Source of the DNA: Eledone cirrhosa
Taxonomy: Eukaryota
Reading direction: 5' to 3'
Assembly (NCBI GenBank): GCA_964016885.1
Contig: OZ024740.1
Coordinates: 117,614,001 to 117,678,000, forward strand
DNA: 64,000 nt
Numbering within the stretch: the first letter of the stretch is position 1; each line of letters opens with the position of its first letter. Position numbers and translations under genes: made by a program. The notes under the pieces were generated by a model. That model saw only the letters and a list, made by a program, of their open reading frames with translations, was not told the DNA's origin and searched no databases. Shown here in pieces: positions 1 through 13,894 of this stretch.

Positions 1-42
1 TAATTACCTACAATCTGTTCCCATCTTTCTCTATCTAATACA

Positions 43-103
<61 letters not shown>

Positions 104-947
104 CTCTTGCAAGGTTTTTGATATGAAATCGTGTGTCGAAACAAATATTGTTATACTTGGGGAGGGTCATATTGTTGTAATAATATTGCCGGAAATAATA
201 CAGAACACACTCACTGTTTCGTTGGTTTACGCTTCTGTATCTTTTATATCTCCATAGTTAATTTATTTGGCAATCAATGTTTATCATTGATTGACCAATG
301 GTTAATAATTCAGATATAAATATATATATATATATATAGTTTATCAAAGTTCTTTCGTTGCACATCTGCAACATAATAGTACCACTGATGATGTTGCAGA
401 TAACTCATTATATACTACTTGACATTTGAACGCACATGGCGAGAACATAACAATATGAGGATACAGACAGACTAATGGGAATGCTAGAAACAGCAGTGCA
501 TTTGGTCTACAAATAATCAGCTCTACTAAAATTGACTGTTAGGAGCAGAAATATATGTATCAAAATATTGATTAAAATGTCTTACAAAAGTATAGGTTAT
601 CCAAAGTGCTACAGATAGTAATTATTAAGACCTAAAGTCAGCGCTACTTTAAGAAATTTGATCAGGAGCAGTAACATGAAAATTAAAGGGTAAGATATTG
701 TTTAAATAAATGTATCCACATTATACGTATTAGTACGATTATATAGGCGCAATGTTATGAGATCGATTTTTACCATCCACACACACACATATATATAAGA
801 TAAGTTTATCCCGGGTTCAATCGAGAGTAACCACAGTAAGTAAGGTACTCAATACGTAGCAGAGTATAACTATTTAATATAGAAATGGCTTCTACAAGAC
901 TAGAACTGTTTCATTCATGGGCTTCCTGATGTTTTCTCTCGAATGAT

Positions 948-1002
<55 letters not shown>

Positions 1003-1008
1003 CTCTCT

Positions 1009-1065
<57 letters not shown>

Positions 1066-3048
1066 GAGGAATTGCCAAGGAAGAATCGGATAGCACGTCA
1101 AAGAATTTTCATAGATGGTATAATTTCGATTATTTTCAAATCAGATAGCAAGTAAAAAAACATACTTTAGAATGGTAAAATTCCGATATTTCAATATTCT
1201 GTACAATTGTTTGATGAGTGAAAATGGAAGGAACCATAAGATGAAACACTCAATTGCCAGTAGAATTTTCATCTTACTAAAAGCGATCTTCTTATACTAT
1301 TGCGTCTATATAATACTTCAAACACGCATAATGTGTATACATTTGTCTAGAGAATATCTTACCCTTGAATTTTTATGTTTTGTTCCTAATCAAATTTCTT
1401 AAATTTTATATTAGTAGAGCTGATTTTAGGTCCTAATAGTGATTACCTGAAACACTTTGGTCAACTTATACTTTTGTCAGACATTATGATTAATTACTTT
1501 ACATATTAATCAATTTTTCAATAACCCCCCCCCCCCCCCCCCCCACACACACATATATATATATAATATATATAATTGTCCAGCAAAGCTTAGAACTTAT
1601 TGATTAGATGCAGAAGAACATTTTTGTTTCTTGAAGTAGATATTTATTTAACCAAAATTGATTTGTAAAGGCAAGTGACATGCAAATTAAAACAGACACT
1701 GTTTGCAAGAGCACACAGATATGTGCAGTTGATAAGAACATTAAGACAATCTGATTAGAACCAATTGCAATGCCGTACGCAAATAGCGTCAATTTAATTG
1801 TATCCACCGAAGTGAATAATCTTACTAAAATATATAACAGTGTTAAAACGTAGTATATTCAATAGTGACACGTCGACCAACATTACTGATCTAGAAAACA
1901 CTAATTTATATACATAGATTTTACCACGTTAAGTTGTGATAACCTATACTAGACATATGATCAAATACATTCATTCTCTGTACGACAGTGCTGTACTCCG
2001 AATTCTTCTCTATTTAAACTGATAGGGTGTAGGTTGGCTAGCTGTTATTTCTAGATCGACCGCATAATAGCTCCTCTGCTGGCAAGGGGATCTATTAGCG
2101 CTGTGATCTTATTTTTTTTCACCGATAAACATTTCAGATGTTCGATCCATGGATCATCTTGTTCGTGAAATGAATGTATAAGTGAATCAGCATTTCATTG
2201 ACAATTTCATTGACATTTCATACAAGTTAATCGTCGGCATGATTCAGTGTGACAGTGACATCCGATCGTCTTCCAAACAGTTTCCGTCCATTCAAATTCA
2301 CTCACAATACTTGAGCCAGTTCGATGCTGCGACAGAACCGTTAAGAATTTAGCTTCATGTTCATAAAATCCCGGGTTCAATTCAACTGCGTGGCACACTG
2401 GGAAAGAGCATCTGTTATTTATCGTAATTACTATCGTAGTTAAACAAAGCTCAGCCATTCAACGGCTATCATTATTAAAATAAGTATATGATGATGTATA
2501 TACACATTGAATACGACGCCTTGTTTCACGTAATATAAAACAATCATCTGAGCGTTTTGGTGCTTGCTATGTTTTTTTTTACATTTTATTATAGAAGGGG
2601 AAATGTCCATGACACTTTCAGTTCCTCCAGGATAGCAGGGTAGTAAGATAGATGTATCCTCAAACCAGAAACATGAATGCTTGCAACAGGTTGAACTCCT
2701 ATAAAGGTACTTAAGAGCCAGGCAAAGACGTTAAATCGGGTGATGGATTAACTTTACTGGTATGTGAACTCAAAAAGCAAAATTGCAGGTCAAATACCGC
2801 AATATAACTCCGATATCAACTCCTCCAATCCCGACTGGCTGGTTGGCTACTTTTTCGACTTCGAAACAATGAAAAGCAGAGTTGACCTTGAAGGGATTTG
2901 AACTCAGTACGCAAATAGCACAAGGCATTTTGACCTACTCTCAAATGACTCAGTGCCAGTGCATGCTGGTTAATATCACACGGTGCTCTCAATACAAGCT
3001 GATGGGCTTCTCATTCCATTGTATCTCTAAAAACAACAGACAGAGTTC

Positions 3049-3235
3049 TAATAACTGTTTTTACTTTTGGTACAAGGCCAGCAATTAATCCACTGCATTA
3101 CTGGTTCTTTATTTTATCGACCCCGTAAGGATGAAAGGCAAATTTAACCTCGGCGGGATTTGAACTCAGACCGTAAAAGGCCGTAACTCTTTGCTGCAAA
3201 GCATGGTGTCCGATCTTCTACCGATACTGCCAATC
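3049..3235 (-). mobile_element. tRNA-derived SINE, full-length copy
   Basis: Minus strand has A box TGGCAGTATCGG and B box GAGTTCAAATCC, then the core GCCTTTCATCCTTACGGGGTCGATAAAATAAAG. It matches about 9 other copies in the window. Confidence 0.9.
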
Positions 3236-3255
3236 TATCTTTAAAGTATTTAGAT

Positions 3256-3494
3256 CAGCGGTCCCTAACATAGAGTCCATAAAGATAAAATTGGGAGGCT
3301 GTGCAGCAAGTTCACAATTTCAAGTACTTTGTTAAGAACATAATATACATACACCTTTCAATATAAAATTCTCCTTTCGATTATTGATAACACCGTATAA
3401 CTATCTAAAAAGGAAGGTAATGGTAGCGGGGTGTCCCTGGGAACGCTCATTTAAATAAAAGGGGTCCTAGAAATGAAACATTTTGGAACCAATT
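3256..3494. mobile_element. degenerate hAT-like MITE
   Basis: Ends CAGCGGTCCCTAAC and TTTTGGAACCA resemble CAGTGGTTCCCAA-type terminal inverted repeats (TIRs). No clean target-site duplication (TSD). Confidence 0.45.
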
Positions 3495-4090
3495 AATTCT
3501 TATTGTTACTGTATAAAACCCAGCGAAAAAAGGAATAAGAAAAAAAACAATATTTTTCAGTGTGTCGTCATTTTGTGTTATAAAAAATAACTTAGCTTCC
3601 GTGAAGGGAGCTATCATAATTTATTTTTGAAAATATCACCAGCATATCATTATCATCATTGATACCATCACCATCCTGGTAATTTGTTTATTAGTTTTTA
3701 GTCATGTGTATATCTGGAACCATCTGCCAATTTCACTTCTCTAATTTCAGTGAATGTCTTTATTCGTTTCAATTGTCTATTGTGATTTTTTATAAAATGT
3801 TAACAAAACTCAGCAGGTCGACCTCTGTATAGACGTGTGGTTATTTAGTTTATGTGACAGGTTTTCAACGTACAGATGTAAATAATGTAAGAGAGGAAAA
3901 CCCTATTTAAGATTACGAAATATTAAATAACACATATACATACGATTAACCACGAACTGAGGTTTATATATATGCATGTGTGTTTGTATGTAAAAGTTCA
4001 TATATACATATGAACATATACATATAAGCATAAGTACGCACACTCACACATATACACACATACATATTACGCACGCACACAAATATATAT

Positions 4091-4195
<105 letters not shown>

Positions 4196-4361
4196 GAACA
4201 GCTTTTCTTTCTAAGATGCTATATAGAAGAAACGACTGTGATCAACTCTTGAATTCAACAGGTATTGCACGCATTTTAAAGATGATGCCATTAATGTTTC
4301 TAATTAAACATGAAAGACTAATGAGAAATCTTGTATAAAAAGATAATACTCAATTGCATCA

Positions 4362-4403
<42 letters not shown>

Positions 4404-4416
4404 TTATATATTTATA

Positions 4417-5160
4417 CAGTGGTGAAATTCATCACTTCTAATATCCATGGCAATACTTTACAAATGTTTATTTATATGAACATTTCGTATGTTATCCAAT
4501 ATATGACACGAGTCACGTATCAGTCATGCCATACCAAAGCATTATTACCTCCCATGAATTAGAGCCCGCCAGCTTTTGGTCTGAATACAAATGAACATCA
4601 TCAGTTGATGTTCATAAGCATAAATACTATAAGATTTTAGCATAAATTCCTCTTAACATCGAAGCGAAGTTAGCTCATCTGGAGACGGTTTGCGAACGAG
4701 AAACGACTGTTTGGGTACCCTTCCTTGGTTGCTAAAGTCCAGTGGTGAAATTCACTACTCCTAAAATTCAAAGCAATGCTGTAAAAATGTTTATTTACGT
4801 GAACATTTCACATATTATTCAATATAACCCCAGTCTCATATCAATAATGACATGTCTGAACAATACTACCTCCTATTAATTAGAGCCCGCCAGCTTTGGG
4901 TCTGTATTTTAATGCACTTTATCAGTCGATGTTCATAAGCATAAATACTACGCGTTTAGCTTATTTTCATCTTATATTCCAAATGGACTTAGTCCCTCTA
5001 AAGACGGTTAACGAACCAGAAACGGCCATTAGGGTGATCGTCTCTGGCTGTTAAAGACCAGTGGTGAAATTCATGACTTCTAACATTTATAACAAGGATG
5101 TAAAATGTTTATTTACAAGAACGATTCGTATATTATTCAATATACAACCTCAGTCAGACA
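4417..5160 (+). repeat. diverged ~320-bp tandem repeat (2.3 units), each full unit with a degenerate hammerhead motif
   Basis: CAGTGGTGAAATTCA recurs at 4417, 4740 and 5059, with shared AATTAGAGCCCGCCAGCTTT and GATGTTCATAAGCATAAATACTA blocks. HHR-like cores lie at 4673-4716 and 4994-5034. Confidence 0.8.
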
Positions 5161-5240
5161 CACATATGTCGACGTCAGATGAAACTTCTATGTCCCTATA
5201 CACACACATTTATATATATATATATGTATATATATATAAA

Positions 5241-5293
<53 letters not shown>

Positions 5294-6665
5294 GAGAGAG
5301 AGAGAAAGCATACATACACGCACACAAGTGGAGTATGTGTTCACGCGGCTGTGACTTGCAAAGCAACGAAAAAAGTTTTATTGTCAATAAATAGCAGTTA
5401 CTTGAAATGGCTGCAGACCGTATAAGATAATGTTTGCAATTTGTAAAATATATACCATTATGTCTTGCAGCTAAGGCCTTAATATTTACATGCATGCTTG
5501 CATACATACATGCATGTGTGTATGTCAGTGTGTGTATGTGTGTGTGTGTGCGCGCGTCACTCGTTGGTTTTCATTAATTGTGTCTATTTAGAAAATAAAA
5601 CTTTATCAGATATATTATTTTTTTAATCTTATTTCCATGATCTCTCACTTACGTTAGCTGTAGTAACAAGAACATAATTCTCTCTGAATATGACGGACAT
5701 ATTATCTGTATATCGTGCTTCACATGTTTACAAGTATACCCAGTATGTGAGTTTGTGTGTGTATGTGTTATTCTGTATTTGTTTGTGTAAGAAGGATTTT
5801 GTGTGTGCTTGTATGTTTATGTCTCTGTTTTTTCATTTATGTTTGTATTCCTATTCTTTGTTATCAGCACGCTATCGGAGGCGCTGAATCTTCATTTCAT
5901 CGGCCACCGACAACTCCGACCGTTACGAAAGAATCACTTTTTTTTTCTTCTATTTAATCTCAACACGAACGATCTCACACATAACCTTTCAGCATGGTGT
6001 TATATGGGGGAGCAAGATATATGGTTTACAAGATATCATTGTTAGCGTTTCCATTGGTTCTCGCACACCCCAGCCTCATTTTACACCAACGGAACATTTC
6101 TGTTATTGTATTAGTAATGGTTGTCAACATTGTTTCTTGGTGTCGTTGTCGTCATTATCATTATATTTATTGCTGTTTTTGTTAGTGAAGGTGGTACTTA
6201 CAACGATGGAGATGGATGTTGTTTTCCTCTCTTCTACTTCTCCTTACGTTGTGTATTTATTTTCTAATTTTTATTAGTACTGAAGATGATGATGGCTGTA
6301 GTGTTGATAGTGGTGAATGTGCTGATGGTTTTGTATGATTTGATATTTTCTGGGACCGAAAATGGGGGGGGGGGAGATTATAGTTTTCTTTGTTCATGTT
6401 GGTGATTACTGCTGCTAGTATTTGTTAGTTGTCCTTGTCGTTGGTGAGAGTATAGTATTCTTTAGAACTGTATATATATTTTATTTTATTCTAGTTTTCT
6501 TGATGTATTTCTCCTGCTCCACATGTCTTTGTCTAAAGCACGTTTGGAAAACAATATATGCAAAAAACAAAGAGGTCTGCACTACTTAAGAACTAGTAAA
6601 GAAGAGGACGTGATGGCAACGACGAAACATCGAGATGTTAACTTTTTAAATTTTCTTTTATTCGT

Positions 6666-6727
<62 letters not shown>

Positions 6728-6843
6728 ATTTCCAAAAGCATCTTTAGCTGGAGAGAATGGTTGTCGATTGCGAACAGCAATAACATTTCTTTTCTCTACT
6801 ATTCCATATTTGGTGGTGGTATATATATATATACATATATATA

Positions 6844-6980
6844 CAACGAAGGAATTGTGGTAAGGAACCAGATGGACCATAACGAACCAAAGTACTCAAT
6901 ACTTAGGGTAGTAGAGTGGGTATTAGGAACAAGTATGACCCGACACCAGAGCTTAACCCGTTTCGACAGCTATTTCTGGA

Positions 6981-7014
<34 letters not shown>

Positions 7015-7298
7015 GGATATGAGTTATATTGTACCACAATAAAGCAATGCAAATATCGGATAAGTAGCACCCTACAGTTTGTAGGACTGGAGTATAAATA
7101 TAAGATCAAAAGATGGTTAAAAGAGTTCCAAGTATGATATGTTGATTTAAAACTTCACTATTCACAAATGTTTTTTAACCTTCATATCATGTATCCCTAT
7201 TTTATCTGATGAAAACGCAGATACCATCTCATGATCATATTTGTTTTTGAAATGCGCATGATAAAATACTTGGCACTCTTTTAGCCATCTTTTGATCT

Positions 7299-7339
<41 letters not shown>

Positions 7340-7743
7340 AAAATGTTTAACCCTGATGGCAGAGCTCAAGCCGTTTCGACGGCTATTTCTGGATTCCAGA
7401 AATAGCTGTCGAAACGGCTTGAGCTCTGCCGTCAGGGTTAAACATTTTCCTATTACCCACTCTACTACTCTAAGTATTGAGTACTCTGGTGCGTTATGGT
7501 CCATCTGGTTCCTTACCACACTCCCTTCGTTGTATATATATATATATATATAGGAACGAGTAGGACCCCGACGGCTGAGCTCAAGCCGTTTCGACGGCTA
7601 ATTCGTAGTCCAGAATTAGCCGTCGAAACGGCTTGAGCTCAGCCGTCGGGGTCCTACTCGTTCCTATTACCCACTCTACTACCCTAAGTATTGAGTACTT
7701 TGGTGCGTTATGGTCCACCTGGTTCCTTACCACATTTCCTTGG

Positions 7744-7745
<2 letters not shown>
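6844..7745. mobile_element. cluster of four short PLE terminal-repeat-like inserts separated by (TA)n: family A at 6844-6983, 7336-7532 and 7551-7745; family B at 7013-7300
   Basis: Family A copies are mutually homologous and recur at 34487. Family B recurs at 25437 and 43075. They contain fold-back palindromes and HHR motifs, and each is flanked by (TA)n. Confidence 0.75.
7198..7268 (+). ncRNA. type-I hammerhead ribozyme motif (family B), cleavage triplet changed to AUG
   Basis: TATTTTAT-CTGATGA-stem II-GAAA-TGCGCA-TG-ATAAAATA, with an 8-bp stem I and palindromic stem III ATGCGCAT. Confidence 0.7.
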
Positions 7746-7800
<55 letters not shown>

Positions 7801-7974
7801 TATATATATATAGATATATATATAAGGAAAAGAAATTGAAAAAGCAACTGGAGTCTTTTAAGAATATTTATTCATTTACTTTACCGGTTTCACAGTTCTT
7901 ATGATTTTCAAAAGTAAAATTGAGATGGAGGGTTTGTGTGTTTCTGTTGTGGTTTGTCTCGCATCTAGCAGTGA

Positions 7975-8345
7975 CTATATTAGTTAGACTTCGCACCGGT
8001 TGCCATCGAGACCTCAGGCATATTTGTATCCCGTATTGCCGAGCTCCGCCGTAAGATCGGAATGTCAGCAGCCCATCAGCTCCACGAGGTGGGGTGGCTG
8101 TGGCAGCGGGTGTCGCTGGTCATTATCTGCTAGGCGCAGTCACAACACCGGCGTGCTCTAGGCCTAGAGCCTCGTCCGACGGTAATATATCTTACCCACT
8201 TTGAGGTGGGTAAGAGATTTCTTCTCTTGTGAAAATGCGTATAGCTTTCATTATGTAATATCTCATCACCCTCCCCCTTCCTCCTCCCTTTTTTCTGTGT
8301 CCCTAGAGCCCTTGCCTTTCCCTTCCTTTTCCGTTTTCATAATCA
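7975..8345 (+). mobile_element. CRE-clade-like non-LTR retrotransposon 3' fragment, interrupted by a MITE fragment (~8187-8263)
   Basis: Translates FAPVAIETSG...ELRRKIG...WLWQRVSL. Homologous to 52480-52770. Confidence 0.65.
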
Positions 8346-9273
8346 CAAAAGATACTTGCATTTTCTTACAACAAAAATATGTATTGATGTATACTAACCC
8401 TATGAGAGGGATGTGACAGAATCGGTAAATGTTCAGAGAAAATACCCATTGGTATTTCGTCACGTTCTTTCGTAACTGAATTAAATTGCCGCCCAATTTC
8501 AAGTTGATTCCCCGCTAAGATGAGGAAATAAGTACTAGGGTCAATGCAACATACTCTATGAGGCATCGTATAGTCAGAGTTTAATAATTGAATGCAGTAG
8601 AATAATACATTTTAGGGTGATCAAATAAACATGTGTTTGTCTGTGTTGATTAACGTTGGTTGATATCAAATATTTCTCAGATTATGAGGATGTGCATGCA
8701 GAACGTGGCCTTACATTTTATCTATTTGTTGTTATTGTTATAATCAAGCTCAGGCTATGCTTGATCAAACAGACCTATGACCAAAAACATTCCAATTAGG
8801 AACAACCTGTGTTTTAAAGGGCATCTTCGAATATACTGTCTTGTGCTTCTTTTTAAGACGGTAGAACATGAAATTAGAAAGCTTTCGTTGCTATATTTAG
8901 CAGATCGTATGGGGGTTTATTGTTCAATGTTGTTTATCTAGTTTCATACCCAAGATCAGACATAATATTTTTACTTGTTTGATACTCCTTTTGGTTGGAT
9001 CGCCGTTAAGTGCAAGATGAATTAGTAATGAACTGAATCTAAGATTGACTTTCTACTTTCAGCTGTTACTATTTACAGCTATATTTACGTCACTAAAGCA
9101 TTTACTACACAGTAAGAATGCCAACGTTTCAATTGTCCGTGAAGTTAATAGATTTGATCATTGAGAAATAAATTTATAAATTGTCATGTTCTCGATATCT
9201 TTTTCACTCAGTTCCAACTAATCTGTGCACCCACGCACGGCCCTCCCACGGCCTGTCTATCCCCACTCTATAC

Positions 9274-9468
9274 CAGACCTGCCAAACTATAAAACCTCAA
9301 ACGGGGAGTACCCCGAAAAAAAGTGCCCTAGAACGGGGGGAAATAAGGAAAAATGGGGAGATATTACATAATGAAAGGTATACGCATTTTCACAAGAGAA
9401 GAAATCTCTCACCCACCCCAAAGTGGTTATGATATCTCCCCGTCGTACAGGGAGAGTCGACAGGTCTG
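9274..9468. mobile_element. 195-bp MITE with CAGACCTG TIRs and an apparent 6-bp TSD CTATAC
   Basis: CTATAC|CAGACCTGCCA...CGACAGGTCTG|CTATAC. A second copy lies at 42390-42583 and a fragment at 8187-8263. Confidence 0.8.
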
Positions 9469-10224
9469 CTATACATACACAAGTATTGAAAACAAATGCG
9501 TTCGGAAGAGATAACAAAATAAAAATTGCACGCAAATAGTAATTGTATTTGTTCTAAACTGTTGCATGATTCACGGGATGTATAATTCTGAAAACATATC
9601 AACGTACTTTATTACAATGCATTTATACTACTGTTTAAAAAAAAACTAGGGTATAATTGTATACATATGCACCACACATGACTGCTGACCCAAAATTAAG
9701 ATTATCCCAGATTTTTTCTGTGATTCATGCTATCTGTAAAGTAAACATGTTATCTGCTTCATTTTATGGATAAATGATGTGTGTTCCTACCAAAAACCTC
9801 ATATGCGCAAATTGGTAACGATATTATCTAGAGCAGCAGATATGCATCGTCAGAGGATTTTAACAGGTCGAAATTATTAAAGAATTTTATTGCGTTGACA
9901 AGTTTCTTGCAATTCCAGCCCATTAACTTTATCTTATGTTATATAGTAGAATTGCAATGGAGCAAGTAAAACTGGAGAAATCTCAGCACTGAAATTCAAG
10001 TGTGAAACATCTGAGAATTGAAACAAAGACCTCGCGCCATGTTGTGCTAGGTTCAAACCTGCTGCTCTGCACCTTCAAAAAATTGTTATATAATATAGCC
10101 CCTGGCTGACTAAAACCTTGTAACTGAAACTACGTGGAAGTCTGCCATATATAAATATACACACACACACACGCACACATACATATATATATATATACAT
10201 ACACACACACACACCTCTCACACA

Positions 10225-10284
<60 letters not shown>

Positions 10285-13200
10285 ACACACACACATTTGG
10301 GGGAGGGGGGTATTTGTATCAATTTATGTCTCATGAATTAACGGCTCGATAAATAGTGATCGATAAAATCAGTGCCAGATAGAAATGTATAATGGGGCTT
10401 ATATGATAGACTAACCTCATGTTGTAGTACGATAAAGAGAACAAGTAAAAGAAAAACGAAACAAAACAAAAAACACCAGAATCTTATCCATTATCTTAAA
10501 TTCTTCCCAGGGGAGGAGAAATGGCGGAATCGTTAGAGTGTTAGACAATATGCTTTGTGTTAGTTCTTTCGATTGGGAAAAATAATGTCAATATTTTAAA
10601 AGCTAATCTAGTTGCAGAAATGAGAACGACGAACATCAAGTACAAAATAGAATCATGGCCCAATAAATAATAGGTCAAGTTTTGGAATTGAATTTAAATA
10701 TGTGAACTGGTACTGTATCAAACACAAAATAATCAGCCTGAAACATATTTTGTGATGCACTCTGTAAGTATTCATTTAGAGCTAGATAAATACGCAATCT
10801 ATATTTATGTGTGTTAGTTCTGATTGTTAGTATTTCTTATCTCTATAATCATTTCAAGGAGAAAGAAGGGAAAAGGTGAGGAAATAAGGGAAAGAGAAAT
10901 ATGTCAGTGATCTTTCAACCCTTTCATTTCCATATTCCCAATAAAAGACACTAACTCTGATGTTTGAATCATTTTGACATTTTTAGGTTAACTTTTTCAT
11001 TATTAAGTTAGTGTTTTGAGCATTGATTAGAGTAGGTTCTTACATAGACTTTTGTACCAGAAAACGAAAGGCCGTTTCATTCGGTTTGGTATTAAAAACG
11101 GTTAAACAAAATAGGAACACTTTTTAGCATTTAGCTTTCGAGACTAAAATTGGCTACCCAGAAAGAAACCACTTGAGTCTATGATTCCCGAAGTAGATGT
11201 AGCCCCAATATTCAGTCGCCTTCATAATAATAAGCCAATGATTTAGATGGATTGTTATTCATTGAAACATCTATTCGGTACTCGAAACAAATAATCCGTG
11301 ATTATGTTTAACTATGTTTGATGTATTGTTGTTGTTTTTGTTGTTTAATCCCAAATGAGATGACCAAAAACGTTCTACACCTGACCCCCTCCCCAAATCT
11401 TCTCTCAAGTATAGCATATCTCGGATTATATTTTTGAATATGTTCTTATTTATATTTAGATATCAGAGCGTAATTTTAGGGAGATTTGACTGTTATTTCT
11501 AATAGATCATGTGATCATTACTGGTTCCATTGTTGGCTCGATCCGTATATTATTCCGTGTTAGAATTATTCATTTTTTTAATATAGTGAGTGGCTTCAAG
11601 AAAACAAATACAATTAGTTTCTTTTGACAAACAACAATAAACAACAGAACGTGTCAACAAAATTACGTTGTAGTTCGTTAGCATTTAGAACAATACTTAC
11701 AGTGCTAATGAAAGGAATCATAACATAAATGGCTTTTCCAGCGCGTCTCCCTCACCATTCTCCGGGGAAACACTTTTTCTATTCTGTTTGCCGCGGCCGT
11801 GGGGCGACCAGAGTGAGGGTCCCCATTTGCTCATAATAGTGAAAGATGGGGAGAGCGGGAGAGGCGGATGGAGTGACAGTGGGAGTTTGGTTTTTTTTTG
11901 TGTTGGGACCTGGTGTATATGTTTCACGGACACACACTCACGTTTCTGACATTGTAGAGTTGCCTCTAATTGTTTGTATTAGTTGACCCACTAAAAATAA
12001 CAGCTTAATATGTCTCAAATCACACCTTAGAATTTTGAACAGAAAAGAAAAGTACAAATTCGATAACGCATTCTGATAAAAACTATGTCTAAAAAGACAG
12101 GATAATCACGGCTAGAATGCCTTTTATGATATTCCTGGCAGCCACAACCATCTTACACGTGACAGGAGCAATTCGACATAAGTCAGCAATGACTGATCAC
12201 TGAACGTGTGCGTGAAGAACGGTTTCGTGGCCATGCGCAAATCTTGAACAGGTCCAACTGACGGCACAACCGTACCTGTAGATTTTAAACCAATCCAAGT
12301 AACACACCTATTTTCCATTAGTCCTACCAGGTTAAGGATTTCTCTGAATGTTCTCCTTATTCCGCTGGTTGAAAGTACTCCAGTATAGGCTGTTTAGTTG
12401 AGCATCCACGATACGCCATCCCTCCTGTCTTACCCCTATAGAATGTTACGGTTACCCCCAGCTCAACTACTCGAGGGATTCAGATCATAAGCACTGGCCA
12501 ACCATTTCAGAACTCAAGGGTCCAATTTTGCTCTCCACACAGGCCTACGGCTCAATTCACTGACTTAGATACAAATTCCCACATATTTGAAGAAGGTACA
12601 ATTGATTTAAATATACAAACTAGCTCTGGTGGTATTTGAACACAGACCGTAAAAGGGCTGCTTTCTCTCATATGACAATAATGCAGACAGATTTCTAATA
12701 TAAAATACTGATTCCACAATAAAAGTATTATTTGTTAAATATAAGTATAACTGAACACTCTCATGAGACTACCACAATCTAATGGGACTAAATATATAAG
12801 GCGAATGACTCTCTGGATTAGATATTAAATTACCTGCACATGTATGTTTAGTCCAACTCTGACGTAGGCGTCTCATTGTGCTTCTTGATAGAACATTTTA
12901 TTCTACGTCCATCGAATTGTAGGAAATAAATGCTAGATCCTCTTACAATGTAATTTGAGAAGGGGTTTAGCACTCATTCACTTAGCGCTAGTAAACTAAA
13001 CTAAGCACACAGCTCATAAAAGTCCACTGTGTTTTATGAGGCGTGTGTATATATATATATATACAGACACAGACACACAGACACACACACAGACAAACAC
13101 ACACAGAGACACACACAGACACACACAGACACACACACACATACACACACACACATATATATATATATATAATTATAATAAGAAAGTTAATTTATTGATT

Positions 13201-13298
13201 TATGTTGAATATTGATAGCTGATGAGGAAACTTTCTCGAATAACCGTGTCCTCAGACATACAAATCTGAAATGATTTTATCGACTATGTTATAAATAA

Positions 13299-13894
13299 CT
13301 AGCAGTGGTACCCGGCGTTGCACAGGATAAGGTACCGTCCACCCGTCACTATTGGGCAGCAGACGTCAGTCGGAAGGTACAATGTAGGCAATTGTGTGAA
13401 AAGTTCGAGCGGGGGGGGGGGGGGGGGCGCATGTTTAAGTAGGGTTTTTTGGGTCGATTCCAAAAAATGAATTTTTTTTATGTGCATAATATGCCTTGAA
13501 ATTTCGGGAAAATCAGCTAGACGTAACGCCTCAAAAAAGCCCTAAAAGGCTGACAAAATGAAGTTTTTCACCTAATGCGGGCCCTAGGCCATGAACAAGT
13601 TGGATTCTCTTTGCTCACGGTATTAAGAAGAGACTGACTAATACATAGTTACAATTTCAAGGAAATCGGTCTGACGTAAGGCCTCAAAACACCCCTAAAA
13701 AGATGAAAAAAAACGCAGTTTTTCACCTAATGCGGACCCCAGGGGACAAAAAGTTGAATTTATGTGCATAGCACTCCCTGAAACATAAGTAATACACATG
13801 TAAAGTTTGAAACAAATCGGTTGAAACAAATCGAGTTTTAGGGATTCAAACTCACACACACACACACAGACATCCTCAGTTTTATATATAGAGA
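13299..13894 (-). mobile_element. non-autonomous Helitron
   Basis: Minus strand starts TCTCTATATATAAAA and ends with a GC-rich hairpin (GCAACGCCGGGTAC) plus CTAG, inserted between A and T. Internal direct repeats at ~13520 and ~13673. Confidence 0.75.

Noticed and set aside
13215-13258. Weak HHR-like strings here and at ~385-440, 5865-5910, 7880-7918, 19960-20025, 21160-21195, 24745-24797, 30045-30080 and 30803-30844
   Set aside because: Each has core mismatches or lacks stem I or stem III. They are plausible decayed PLE motifs but are not individually supportable, so I did not count them.
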